A stretch of DNA of 64,000 nucleotides from positions 1 to 64,000 of IMG/VR virus record IMGVR_UViG_3300033553_000116, one strand, 5' to 3'. Position 1 is the first letter of the stretch. Each line of letters begins with the position of its first letter. Source of the DNA: a virus. A program made the translations under genes and the position numbers. Below, piece after piece: positions 9,622-19,528 of this stretch. Under the pieces are notes generated by a model, which was not told where the DNA came from, ran no database searches, and was given only the letters and a program-made list of their open reading frames with translations.

Positions 9622-11007
9622 ATGGCTAAAGTAAAATTAGATGATGTATTGGACTTTTATAGTAGTTTGATCGGATCAATCGGATTAAAAGCAGATGACG
9701 ATGGATTAATTTCAGCTAACATCGAAGGGGTATCAATCCCAAGTACAATTAATGATAAGCGTCTAGTATTACCTACACGCACAATCTTACGTGCAGGTAA
9801 TTGGGAAGATTACGTTGCATTTCATCCATTGAGTGAGAAAGTCCACCGTGGTGAATCTGATGTACTAAAGAAGTTACGTACAGTAATTAACTTTCGTCTA
9901 ATGTCAATTCTCTCATTGCAGATTATTGAATTAACGGAACTAGCAGTTGATAAAGATAAGCATGCTACTCTTACTCCTCGTCAGCAAGAACTATTAGCTA
10001 AGATTCCAAATGCTGATGCAAAGACATTAAAAGACTTCAATCGCATTATCAATGCTACTGAACTTGTTGGTGAACATCGTCTTGCATCTATCTATCTTAA
10101 GAAAGGTGGACAGTTGCGTGGTGAAGGTTATAGTTGCGTGGGTGTTGTTACATTCCCAATCACTGAGTTCTTTGATGAGCCAGATGAGAAAACAATCTTT
10201 GGTATTAAGTTACGTGTGAAGGATTACGCGGCATTCCAAGAACTGTTTGATTATCTAGTCCCTAACGCATGGTCAATGGAACAGTATAGTCGTGGATCTC
10301 GTTCACCCGATGCTCCATATTTAGATGCATTGTTGTCGTCGTTTTATAGTGTTGGTAATCAGCTAAATAAAACAACTAAGTTATTTAAGACACATTTTGA
10401 TAATCCTAAAGCTATGATGATGGATATGGCTTGGGAAGATTACATGGGTGAGTTAAGTGAACTTAAAGCATTGATTCCACCGCTAGAAGGTAATGATGGT
10501 CCAATCTCAATGGAAGAGCGTGAAACCGTAGATTCTATTCAGGAACAGTCTGATAAGTTTGCTAAGCCGGTATCTAATAGACTAGCAGCAATGGCAGCGG
10601 ATACTAATATTACAACCAGAGCTCCAACAGCACCTCATCAAGCTACTACAGATGAAGACGATGATGATGGACATGATGGGATTAGTTGGAACCAGCTACA
10701 AGCTAAGAAGCAAGCTGCCCAAACTAACATGGGTTATCAACAACCGATGCCTGGGTTTCAACCACCGCAGCAACAAGGGTTTCAACAGCAACCTCCACAG
10801 CAACAATGGGGACAGCAACCTCAACCGCAGAATGCTCCTCCAGGTTTTGGGGGTGCGCAATATAACCCCAACCAACAACAACCGGGACACTTTCAACAGC
10901 CACAGAGGACACGTGGTGGGTTTGCAGTACAGCAACAACCACAAAATCAAAACCAAGGATTTAATCAGCAACCCAATAATTCATCTTGGGGTAATTCTGG
11001 TATCTAG
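9622..11007 (+). CDS. phiKZ gp70-like conserved protein with Q/P/G/N-rich low-complexity tail
   Basis: KRLVLPT, FHPLSE..RGES and IPPLEGN.G motifs; synteny. Confidence 0.72.
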   Translation: MAKVKLDDVLDFYSSLIGSIGLKADDDGLISANIEGVSIPSTINDKRLVLPTRTILRAGNWEDYVAFHPLSEKVHRGESDVLKKLRTVINFRLMSILSLQIIELTELAVDKDKHATLTPRQQELLAKIPNADAKTLKDFNRIINATELVGEHRLASIYLKKGGQLRGEGYSCVGVVTFPITEFFDEPDEKTIFGIKLRVKDYAAFQELFDYLVPNAWSMEQYSRGSRSPDAPYLDALLSSFYSVGNQLNKTTKLFKTHFDNPKAMMMDMAWEDYMGELSELKALIPPLEGNDGPISMEERETVDSIQEQSDKFAKPVSNRLAAMAADTNITTRAPTAPHQATTDEDDDDGHDGISWNQLQAKKQAAQTNMGYQQPMPGFQPPQQQGFQQQPPQQQWGQQPQPQNAPPGFGGAQYNPNQQQPGHFQQPQRTRGGFAVQQQPQNQNQGFNQQPNNSSWGNSGI

Positions 11008-11027
11008 AAACTAGAATATCGGCATAT

Positions 11028-11070
11028 TAGAATCCCCTTATCGGGGATTCTATTTCTTTTATTTTTTATT
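11028..11070. terminator. Bidirectional terminator between convergent genes
   Basis: tagaatcccc/ggggattcta 10-bp stem with T-rich tail. Confidence 0.8.
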
Positions 11071-11405
11071 TATTTTAATGTGGTAAATTTTTGTAAAATA
11101 TTACTTATTAACTGTGTACTAGGAACAATAATAACCTGTAGTGAATCACCAAACTCTGTAGGATTAGTTAAGTTATTAACTCTTAGAGTAATCCAGTGAA
11201 GTTTGCGAGAGACGTCCATGGCATCTAGTAGTCCATAGAAGTCACCTTCGTATTTATATAGGTCATGTGGGTCTATAGGTAATATTTTATTGTCAGCGTT
11301 ATTTCTGATGTATGGTAAGTACCCTTCTATAATTCTACAAAATTTAGGATTATAGTAAGCTGCACTATCTTCATTCGTACTTAGGTTATTTATACTTAAA
11401 GTCAT
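11070..11405 (-). CDS. Small conserved protein, LysM/T4 gp53-like baseplate wedge candidate
   Basis: YEGDFYGLL...HWITLRVNNL.NP..IIVP pattern. Confidence 0.55.
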   Translation of the reverse strand: MTLSINNLSTNEDSAAYYNPKFCRIIEGYLPYIRNNADNKILPIDPHDLYKYEGDFYGLLDAMDVSRKLHWITLRVNNLTNPTEFGDSLQVIIVPSTQLISNILQKFTTLK

Positions 11406-11434
11406 CTTTACCTCATTTAAAAAAGTTTTAAATC

Positions 11435-11452
11435 TATATTATTATTGTGAAT
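11435..11452 (+). promoter_or_regulatory. Variant early promoter
   Basis: TATATTATTATTGTGAAT (one mismatch in the core) upstream of nvRNAP beta. Confidence 0.55.
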
Positions 11453-11478
11453 GTAATTACAAATAAACTCACCGGAGC

Positions 11479-13626
11479 TTGAAACAAATGAATAATAATA
11501 GCCAATTAGCCCCCGAGTTATTATCGGCAGGGTCAATGAATCCACTAATGGCACATGATAGTTCCTCACGACAAGTAATGTTTACATCCTCTCACTTAGG
11601 ACAGACATTAGTTGTGGAGGGTTGTGATATTAGGCGTTGTCAAAGTGGTACTGAGCGTGAATTTGGTAAATTCACGTTTAATATAAAAGTACCATGCGAT
11701 GCAGCTGTCATTAAAGTGGTTCCTAAGTTTAGACAGTCTATCGGGAAAGGATCAATTAGTGAGAACCCCTCTACACTAATTATCTATGAGAATGTTGATA
11801 CAAAAGAAGTTGGGATGATTGAAATTATCAATTACTCAACAGCTGTTGATAATAAACATCAGCACTTCGGTTTTAAATATAAACATAAGGAAATCATAAA
11901 TCAACTTCATACAGGTATGCATTTACCTAAGGATACTGTTTTATCAGATAGTCCTACTATAGATGATAATGGAAATTACAGATATGGTTGTGAAGCTAAC
12001 GTAGCTCTAATGTCTATCCCAGGCATCATTGAGGACGGTATCGTAATCTCTGAATCATACGCTTTAAGGAATAAAACTAAAGGGTTTGAAAAGAGATCAG
12101 TTACATGGGGTAGTAAATACTATCCATTGAATCTTTATGGTGATAGCGAAAACTATAAACCATTTCCTGAGATTGGTGATAGGGTTCGTGAAGATGGATT
12201 ATTATTTTGTCTTCGTTCGTATGATGACTTGTTAGCTCCAGTTGAGATGACAGGTAATGCATTAGAAGAACCTGACTATATCTTTGACAAGCGTACATAC
12301 GGTATCCCTGGTGCTAAGATTGTTGATATTAATGTTCAGCATAATTCATCAATCCAAAATCCGCCAACACCAACAGGTATGGAAGCACAGGTATCTAAAT
12401 ATCACGAGTCTATTATCAATTATCATAAATCAGTTATCCAGGTTTATGACGATCTATATTCACAACGTGGTAAGGCACTAAATATTACTCCTGAATTCCA
12501 ACGTCAACTTGTAGAAGCTATGGCTTATATAGGTATGGAGAATATCGTAGCACTTAAGAATTTCCCAGGCCGTGCTAATTTACTTAAACTAAAGATTGAT
12601 AAGAAGTATCGCCGTAGTGATGTTGATGATTGGTCTGTAGATGTAGCTATGGAATATGATGTTGTTCCTGACATCGGTTTTAAGTTTACTGATTGTCATG
12701 GAGGTAAGGGGGTTGTTTGCGGTCTATGGCCAGATCATTTGATGCCTGTAGATACTGAAGGTAATCGTGCTGAGATTATAATGGATGGTGACTCTACTAT
12801 TAAGCGAATGAATATTGGTCGTGTATACGAGCAATATCTAAATGCTTGTTCAAGAGATGTCTCTAAACATATTCGTATTATGGTTGCCAATGATCCTAAG
12901 GACGGATATGCTAAAGCTTGGGATTATGCAATTAAATATTATTCTATTGTATCTCCAAGAATGGTAGATCTTCTAACATCAAAGAAATATACACCTGGAC
13001 CTAAGTCACACATTGATGCAATCATTAAAGATGGTATTTATTTATGGATGCCTACAGATAATCCAGTAGATTCTGTGGAAATGATTAATCAACTTGTAGC
13101 TGAGTTTGATATCTGTTTTGGTCCGGTTACTTATGCTGATGGATTTGTAACTGACCGCAATGTTTTAATAGGGAGTATGTATGTACTGCTTTTGGAAAAG
13201 ACCGGGTCTGATTGGGCTGGTGTTGGTTCTGCTAAGCTACAGCACTTTGGCGTTCCCGCTAAAGTAACCAATGCTGATAAGTATTCATCTCCAGGTAGAA
13301 ATCAGCCTGTACGTATCCTAGGTGAAGCTGAGATACGTTTACTAAATGCCATTGTTGGCAGTGATGTTTGTATGGAGTTATTAGACCAATCAAACTCACC
13401 AGCTACTCATAAGGAAATTGTTAAAAATATCCTAGAAGCTGAATCACCGACTACAATGGAATTAATGGTAGATAGAAAACAAATACCTTTAGGTAATAGT
13501 CGTAGTCTGTTATTTGTTAAACATGTCTTAGAGTGTGGTGGCATTAAGTTCGCAAGAACTATTGATGATCCACTACGAGCTAAGGATATGGAAGAAGTAG
13601 CAAGATTGCAAAAAGCCAAACGATAA
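11479..13626 (+). CDS. Non-virion RNA polymerase beta-like subunit (phiKZ gp71-73-like), uninterrupted; probable start ATG 11488
   Basis: SSSRQVM, EDG.VIS, KFTDCHGGKGVV, RMNIG and RILGEAE motifs. Confidence 0.92.
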   Translation: MKQMNNNSQLAPELLSAGSMNPLMAHDSSSRQVMFTSSHLGQTLVVEGCDIRRCQSGTEREFGKFTFNIKVPCDAAVIKVVPKFRQSIGKGSISENPSTLIIYENVDTKEVGMIEIINYSTAVDNKHQHFGFKYKHKEIINQLHTGMHLPKDTVLSDSPTIDDNGNYRYGCEANVALMSIPGIIEDGIVISESYALRNKTKGFEKRSVTWGSKYYPLNLYGDSENYKPFPEIGDRVREDGLLFCLRSYDDLLAPVEMTGNALEEPDYIFDKRTYGIPGAKIVDINVQHNSSIQNPPTPTGMEAQVSKYHESIINYHKSVIQVYDDLYSQRGKALNITPEFQRQLVEAMAYIGMENIVALKNFPGRANLLKLKIDKKYRRSDVDDWSVDVAMEYDVVPDIGFKFTDCHGGKGVVCGLWPDHLMPVDTEGNRAEIIMDGDSTIKRMNIGRVYEQYLNACSRDVSKHIRIMVANDPKDGYAKAWDYAIKYYSIVSPRMVDLLTSKKYTPGPKSHIDAIIKDGIYLWMPTDNPVDSVEMINQLVAEFDICFGPVTYADGFVTDRNVLIGSMYVLLLEKTGSDWAGVGSAKLQHFGVPAKVTNADKYSSPGRNQPVRILGEAEIRLLNAIVGSDVCMELLDQSNSPATHKEIVKNILEAESPTTMELMVDRKQIPLGNSRSLLFVKHVLECGGIKFARTIDDPLRAKDMEEVARLQKAKR

Positions 13627-13639
13627 AAAAGGAACTCAA

Positions 13640-15625
13640 ATGGAACCACCAATCCATAATGCTAGGGATATTTATAATCTATCCAAGGAAGATGTCTGGA
13701 ACTTACCAGATGGTAAAATGATCCTAGACTTTGAGGATGGTGTATTAGAAACTACTATGAGAGCTACAGTATTCTCATGGTACATGGGTGTCTTTCACAG
13801 ACTACATCCTAATACACCGTTATTGAAACGCCATCACTTAGGGGATAACATTATAGGTAAGAATACCCACCTAGATATTTTAGGTTATGGGTTATTTGAT
13901 ACCATTGATGTTTATGGAGATAATGTCGATGTAGAAGAGTTATCGAAGATTGCTTTTCAGACAGGTAATTTAATGTATAATGATTTTACAACAAGGCTCA
14001 AGGCTTTTGTAAGTACAATCAGTATTTTAGATTTCGTAGATGTAATGAATCATCCAGACATCCATGCAGTCAATAGTAATGTTAAATCTACACAGCTTTC
14101 TATTGACCAGACATATAGTGTTATCTCAAGTACATTAAATGACAGAAAGGATCCACATCTAGTTGGTAATACATTGGGTAGAATGGCTAAGTCCAGATTA
14201 GTGCCTATGGGTCAGATACAACAATGTATTGGTCCAAGGGGTTATCTTACTGACATTGACTCTAACATATTCCGTGAACCAATTCTTACAGGGTTTGTTT
14301 CTGGTATTAAAATCCTAGCAGATTCCATGAAAGAATCTAGATCCGCTGCTAAGGCTTTGACATTCGCTGCTGATAAGGTATCTGATACAGAGTACTTTAA
14401 CCGAGAAATGCAGTTACTAGCATCTATCGTTACTAGGGTACATGTTGGGGATTGTGGCAGTACTGAGTATTTAGCATTCCGAGTTGATGCAAGTGACCTA
14501 TCACGTATAGCAGGTAAACTGTATATTGATGAGAAAACTAATAAACTAACTGAGGTTCGCGAAACTGATAGACAACTAATAGGGTCAATCATTAAATTAC
14601 GAAGTTCATTAAAGTGTAGGCATCCTGATTCTTACGGTATATGTTCTACATGTTTCGGTACTTTAGCAAACTCAATTCCTAAGTTTACAAACATGGGCCA
14701 TATCTCAGCAACAGTAATGTGTGAAAAGATCTCACAGAACGTATTGTCAACAAAGCATTTGGATGGTTCATCTAAGGTTGATGACTTTATAATCAGTGAT
14801 TTTGACTCTAAATACATCCGTGTATCTAGTGAGGTAACTTCTAATAAGGACGGCGAACCAGAAAGCAATACTATAATTAAGTTTGCAGCAGGGTTACGCG
14901 GTAAAAAGTTTAAGTTAATTCTTCCTGAAGAAGAAGCTAAGAACTTATCTGATATTGATTACCATGCATTAGACAAGATTGTACCTTCGGTTATCACTAA
15001 GTTAAAAGAAGTTATGATCCAGGTTGAAGATAAAGAAGGTTACTCTGAAACCGTTACTGTACCTGTATCAATGCGTTCAAGACTATCATGGTTAACAATA
15101 GATGCACTAGAATTCATTAAGCATACTGGATGGATTGTATCTGATAAAGGTAACTATGTAATCGATATGACTGACTGGGACATTGACCAATCCCTTTTCC
15201 AATTGCCGTTAAAGCATACGGACATGGCACAATATATGAGTGTTATTAAATCTTTCGTATTCAAGACAGGTAAGAAAGATAGAGGACTCGGTAAAGTGCC
15301 GTCAGTTGATAAAACTATGATTGACTTCTATAATCTTATAAATAGTAAGTTATCAGTTAACTTAGCTCATCTTGAGATTATTATGTTAGCTTCAATGGTT
15401 AATGACATTCCTGCAAAGGATCATCGTCTACCAGAATCGAAGGAACATGCTAGGATGGCACCATTTAAAGAAAACATGAAGCTTAGAAGTATGGGTCCTA
15501 GTATGGCCTATCAGGGACAAGCTAAATTGTTGACTAGTGTGTCATCATTTATACATGTGGATAGACCAGATAGTTTATTTGATAATCTGCTTTGTCCATA
15601 TCCTGTGATTAATCCACGGGAGTAA
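13640..15625 (+). CDS. Non-virion RNA polymerase beta'-like subunit (phiKZ gp74-like)
   Basis: QCIGPRG, ESRSAAKAL, DCGS, C..CFG zinc site and E..SQ..LSTKH motifs. Confidence 0.9.
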   Translation: MEPPIHNARDIYNLSKEDVWNLPDGKMILDFEDGVLETTMRATVFSWYMGVFHRLHPNTPLLKRHHLGDNIIGKNTHLDILGYGLFDTIDVYGDNVDVEELSKIAFQTGNLMYNDFTTRLKAFVSTISILDFVDVMNHPDIHAVNSNVKSTQLSIDQTYSVISSTLNDRKDPHLVGNTLGRMAKSRLVPMGQIQQCIGPRGYLTDIDSNIFREPILTGFVSGIKILADSMKESRSAAKALTFAADKVSDTEYFNREMQLLASIVTRVHVGDCGSTEYLAFRVDASDLSRIAGKLYIDEKTNKLTEVRETDRQLIGSIIKLRSSLKCRHPDSYGICSTCFGTLANSIPKFTNMGHISATVMCEKISQNVLSTKHLDGSSKVDDFIISDFDSKYIRVSSEVTSNKDGEPESNTIIKFAAGLRGKKFKLILPEEEAKNLSDIDYHALDKIVPSVITKLKEVMIQVEDKEGYSETVTVPVSMRSRLSWLTIDALEFIKHTGWIVSDKGNYVIDMTDWDIDQSLFQLPLKHTDMAQYMSVIKSFVFKTGKKDRGLGKVPSVDKTMIDFYNLINSKLSVNLAHLEIIMLASMVNDIPAKDHRLPESKEHARMAPFKENMKLRSMGPSMAYQGQAKLLTSVSSFIHVDRPDSLFDNLLCPYPVINPRE

Positions 15626-15648
15626 CTTAAATAAAAAAGGAGAGAATA

Positions 15649-17220
15649 GTGTCTGAGTCAGAAATTGTACTTAGAGGTCGGTCACTTATGACTGTAGACA
15701 TTTATTCTCACCATTTCTCTGTAAGGGGTTTTGGTAGGATAGAGAAAACCGTTCTCCTAGAGTACTGTAGGACCTTAGCACAATATGGTTTGAAGCGTGT
15801 AGGACGTGGTAGAAATGCCAAGTTTGTAAAAGCAATGCTAAAAGTATTTGTTGGAGTTACTGCAGATCGAGAAGAGTTTAGATTCCATGTTAATTTATTA
15901 GATGATCTGTTTAGACATTTGGCCTCATCAGGCGTCAATAGGTCACAAATATTTGTTAACAAAATTCCAATGTATACGGCCTCCCCTGTAGAGTTCACGT
16001 ACATTGACCACAGAACGCCAAGAAAGTACCAGTACCCTATCATTGATTATATCCTATCTAATGGTAAGATAAAGGTAGTAACACTTGATCCTGGTAGAGG
16101 TAAGACGTTTATCGCCTTAGCTGCTATTAGGGATTTGGAGGTCAGGACATTTTTTTGTATTAAAGCTTCTTACATTGAGAAGTGGATTAAAGATGCAGAA
16201 GAGTCCTTCTCCTTTCAACCAGGTGAGCTAATGGTTGTTCGTGGTTCTAAACATCTAAAGAGACTTCTGGAAATTGGTGTAGCAGGTGAGTTGGAAGCAA
16301 AGATTATACTTTGTTCTAATACAACCTACTACCAATATCTTAAAGATTATGAAATGTATCAAAAGGATATGTTAAGGTACGGTTATGCTTGTCTACCATA
16401 TCAAATGTGGGAGAAGTTAGATATCGGATTAAGAGTAGTAGATGAAACTCATGAGCAGATTCATTTTAACTTTAGACTTGATCTCTATACGCATGTACCG
16501 AAGACATTAGCATTATCTGGAACATTGTTCTCTGATGATAAACTCGTCACTAGAATGATGGAAGTTATGTTTCCACCTACACTTCGTTATCATGACGATG
16601 AAAAGAATATCTATATAGCTGCAGAGGCTCTTCTATACACTATGGAAAAGCCCGACACTAAAGTTAGGTATATGAATCAACAGATGCAAATGTACGCACA
16701 TGTCAAATTTGAACAATCGATTATTAAGAATAAAAAGCTTCTTAACGAGTATACAAATATGCTGTGCGACTTTGTATTTGATAGGTATGTAGCCAAACGA
16801 TTAAAAGGGCAGAAGATTGCCATATATTGCTCCACAAAAGAAATGTGTACTATCCTATCGGACAAGCTTAAGCGTATACACACAACTCTAAATGTAGAAA
16901 GATATATCGGTGAGGATGATTATGAAACAATGCTTGAAGCAGATATAATCGTCACCACGCTTAAATCGTTAGGTACTGCTATAGATATCCCAGGATTGCG
17001 AGTTGTATTACTGACAGACTCTCTAGGATCACTACAGCTAAACATACAGGTTATGGGTAGGCTTCGTCCACTTAAGGACTGGCCTGGAACAACCCCAGAG
17101 TTCTTATTCTTAGTATGTCAGGACATCGGTAAACAGATGGACTATTATGTTAAGAAAAAAGAAATTCTAAAAGGTCGAGTAATTAGTTTCCACACTAATT
17201 ATACCGGCTATAAGTTATAA
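15649..17220 (+). CDS. Superfamily 2 (DExH) helicase, phiKZ gp75/UvsW-like
   Basis: PGRGKT Walker A, DETH, SGT and QVMGRLR motifs. Confidence 0.9.
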   Translation: MSESEIVLRGRSLMTVDIYSHHFSVRGFGRIEKTVLLEYCRTLAQYGLKRVGRGRNAKFVKAMLKVFVGVTADREEFRFHVNLLDDLFRHLASSGVNRSQIFVNKIPMYTASPVEFTYIDHRTPRKYQYPIIDYILSNGKIKVVTLDPGRGKTFIALAAIRDLEVRTFFCIKASYIEKWIKDAEESFSFQPGELMVVRGSKHLKRLLEIGVAGELEAKIILCSNTTYYQYLKDYEMYQKDMLRYGYACLPYQMWEKLDIGLRVVDETHEQIHFNFRLDLYTHVPKTLALSGTLFSDDKLVTRMMEVMFPPTLRYHDDEKNIYIAAEALLYTMEKPDTKVRYMNQQMQMYAHVKFEQSIIKNKKLLNEYTNMLCDFVFDRYVAKRLKGQKIAIYCSTKEMCTILSDKLKRIHTTLNVERYIGEDDYETMLEADIIVTTLKSLGTAIDIPGLRVVLLTDSLGSLQLNIQVMGRLRPLKDWPGTTPEFLFLVCQDIGKQMDYYVKKKEILKGRVISFHTNYTGYKL

Positions 17221-17225
17221 ACCAT

Positions 17226-17260
17226 AAGAGCCCACTAACTATAAAGTTAGTGGGCTCTTA
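17226..17260. terminator. Long hairpin terminator
   Basis: taagagcccactaact/agttagtgggctctta inverted repeat. Confidence 0.8.
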
Positions 17261-17292
17261 TTATGTAGATTGATTTAACTGTAGGTTAGGTC

Positions 17293-17310
17293 TATATTAC
17301 TACAATGAAG
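17293..17310 (+). promoter_or_regulatory. Early promoter
   Basis: TATATTACTACAATGAAG. Confidence 0.8.
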
Positions 17311-17351
17311 TACAGATGTAAACAAAAAACATTTCTTAAGAGGAGAAATTA

Positions 17352-17708
17352 ATGCAAGAAGTAGCTCAAATAAATTACGGTAAGGATGAGGTTGTTGTTC
17401 AGTCAGGTCTAATCGTAGATGTAGGAAACACAGGCGAATATATTTCCCTTGTCCGAGGGGATTTAAGTTTGACAGTGAATGCTGGAAACGTAGTAGAAAC
17501 AAATGAGCTAAAGCGATCATATAACATGATGGCAGATATTGCAGCTGCAGAAGCAGATGGACAGCCACATTCGTGGTACCTGTATATGGCGTTTGATGGA
17601 AGATGTTGGGTTGTGGATGGTACGGAGTCTAAGAGAGAGTTGAATCTTTCTTTTCTAGCCTTCCCTACCAGATCTGACTGGGGAGTTACAGGGATCATAC
17701 CATCGTAA
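17352..17708 (+). CDS. Early hypothetical protein
   Basis: GAGGAG RBS after early promoter. Confidence 0.65.
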   Translation: MQEVAQINYGKDEVVVQSGLIVDVGNTGEYISLVRGDLSLTVNAGNVVETNELKRSYNMMADIAAAEADGQPHSWYLYMAFDGRCWVVDGTESKRELNLSFLAFPTRSDWGVTGIIPS

Positions 17709-17745
17709 ATTGAATAGATTTTATTATACTAATTAGGAGAAAGAA

Positions 17746-18051
17746 ATGATGCTTAAAAGAAAATTGAATCTTTATCTACTTGATTCTAATGACGATAATA
17801 AATTATCCAAAGCAAGAGATTTGTTTAGGACGTGCAAGATAAGAAATTGGGAAGAGGATACAATAACCTTATGTGGAGTACCTCACCTTAAGTCTGTCGG
17901 CATTATGTCTGCTAGAAAAACAATCATGGATTATCTAAACGATGGGGAGTCAGTAGCAGTGCTAACTGACTTTAATGATAACACGGTCATGGATGCATAT
18001 ACCAAACTAGGTAATGCCCTCAAGGCTAATGTACAGAGGATATATGGATGA
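17746..18051 (+). CDS. Early hypothetical protein
   Basis: AGGAG RBS; ATGA overlap with the next gene. Confidence 0.6.
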   Translation: MMLKRKLNLYLLDSNDDNKLSKARDLFRTCKIRNWEEDTITLCGVPHLKSVGIMSARKTIMDYLNDGESVAVLTDFNDNTVMDAYTKLGNALKANVQRIYG

Positions 18052-18518
18052 GTGACTTAAAGTTAATCATTATCCGTGGTCTACCAGGATCAGGAAGAGG
18101 TGTCTTAGCCAATGAACTCATTGCCGAGGATGAGTCATTAACTTTGATTGAACCGGAACATTGGTTTGAACTTGCTGAAACTAAAAAGATGATCGCTAAT
18201 AAATCAATTACTAAAGACGTCGGAGATAACTCCTTTTACACAATCTGTAAAGCGGCTAGCGATAGATGGTGCAGATGACAAGCAACTAATACACTATTAA
18301 GTGGCAAGAGTGTTGTTATAACAGGCATCTATCATCTACTGGTTGATATGAAAGCATTAATAATTGTGGCTGAGCAACAAGGAGCTACGATTGAAGTAAT
18401 GACTGCACTAAGTGACGGAGATAACAAAGGCCGTTATCCTAGTGAATTAGTAGATCAGTACGATACCAACTGGGAACATCTTAGATCATTAAACGATATC
18501 CTAGAATCAAAAAAATAA
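18048..18518 (+). pseudogene. AAA_33-like P-loop kinase with an in-frame TGA at 18276-18278 (pseudogene or read-through gene)
   Basis: LIIIRGLPGSGRG; the frame stays open after TGA with family-like sequence (WCR*QATNTLLSGKSVVI...YPSELVDQYDTNWE) to TAA 18518. Confidence 0.75.
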
Positions 18519-18537
18519 TTAGAGAGAGTGATGATAC

Positions 18538-18762
18538 ATGGTTTTACTTAAAGGTACTAGAAAGCAATACGTAGTTGGATTTACACAAACACCCAATAGG
18601 GCACTAGGTGTATCTGCAGCGGCGGCAGCAATTGCTAGAATCGCCAAAGATTCAAGAGATGCATTTATTAAATTAAAAGATTCTCATACGCATGTTGATT
18701 TCTTTGAAGATGTTAAAAAAGAAGTACCTGAAGGTGTTAAGTTCGTATACTTAGCTCTATAA
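18538..18762 (+). CDS. Hypothetical protein
   Basis: 74-aa ORF ending at a terminator. Confidence 0.55.
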   Translation: MVLLKGTRKQYVVGFTQTPNRALGVSAAAAAIARIAKDSRDAFIKLKDSHTHVDFFEDVKKEVPEGVKFVYLAL

Positions 18763-18764
18763 CT

Positions 18765-18824
18765 GCATAAGCGGACAGTAGCCATTTAGGCTACTGTCCT
18801 ATGCTTGTTTTTTTTTTGTTTTAA
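18765..18824. terminator. Bidirectional terminator; first copy of a direct repeat
   Basis: ggacagtagcc/ggctactgtcc stem plus T run. Confidence 0.8.
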
Positions 18825-18825
18825 G

Positions 18826-19383
18826 TTAGCTAAAATCTATAGGTTTAACATTTAGATTACCTACCTCAGTCCAAGTTGATGGATCAAAATATAGTTTAAA
18901 AAGATCGCCGACATTATTCCAATTATCAAATTTAAACCAATTGTCAACTTTTGCATTATGGCTAGTGGTATGCCACCGCCCATCAATTGGGGTAGTTTTA
19001 ACACCATTTCTATAATGTGTTATTATGACATTAACATTATCACTATAATCTATTAACATACCGGTTCTAGTCCAAGGTGTAGTAGCTGGAACCTCATTAT
19101 AACTAATCCATGATCCGTTCAATTGAATTGAATAGGACGTATTGCCTGGACACTCCATCTCAAAGTAATATTTTTCACCAGGCATTAAGTTAAAGTATTC
19201 ACTATATGGACCATAGCCCCTCGATGCTGTGATGGAGTAAACCTTAAAATAATTACCCATTTCATTAAAAGTAACTATCCACTCAGCAGTAGAGGTAATT
19301 AATAAAGCTCCAATTGATTTTATTATACGTTTACCCAATGCGGCTAGCTTAAATAAACCTAATCCACCATTTAACATTGCCAC
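18826..19383 (-). CDS. Accessory beta-rich, aromatic-rich protein (possible virion surface or carbohydrate-binding protein)
   Basis: GGAGAGG RBS before GTG; many W/Y/N residues; function inferred. Confidence 0.55.
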   Translation of the reverse strand: MAMLNGGLGLFKLAALGKRIIKSIGALLITSTAEWIVTFNEMGNYFKVYSITASRGYGPYSEYFNLMPGEKYYFEMECPGNTSYSIQLNGSWISYNEVPATTPWTRTGMLIDYSDNVNVIITHYRNGVKTTPIDGRWHTTSHNAKVDNWFKFDNWNNVGDLFKLYFDPSTWTEVGNLNVKPIDFS

Positions 19384-19434
19384 CTTACCTCTCCTTTTTT
19401 TTTTGTTTATGTTGATACATATAATAATTCATAG

Positions 19435-19494
19435 GCATAAAGGACCAGCAGCCTAACTGACTACTGTCCTATGCTTGTTTTTTTTTTGTTTTAA
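19435..19494. repeat. Second, decayed copy of the 18765-18824 terminator
   Basis: 19461-19494 identical to 18791-18824; left arm mutated. Confidence 0.85.
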
Positions 19495-19528
19495 ATTGTT
19501 AGGTATTTAGAGGTAGTAGTACCTCTAG

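Noticed and set aside
10652-11014. Alternative-frame and antisense ORFs over the Q-rich tail
   Set aside because: By-products of CAA/CAG low-complexity sequence that lacks stop codons.
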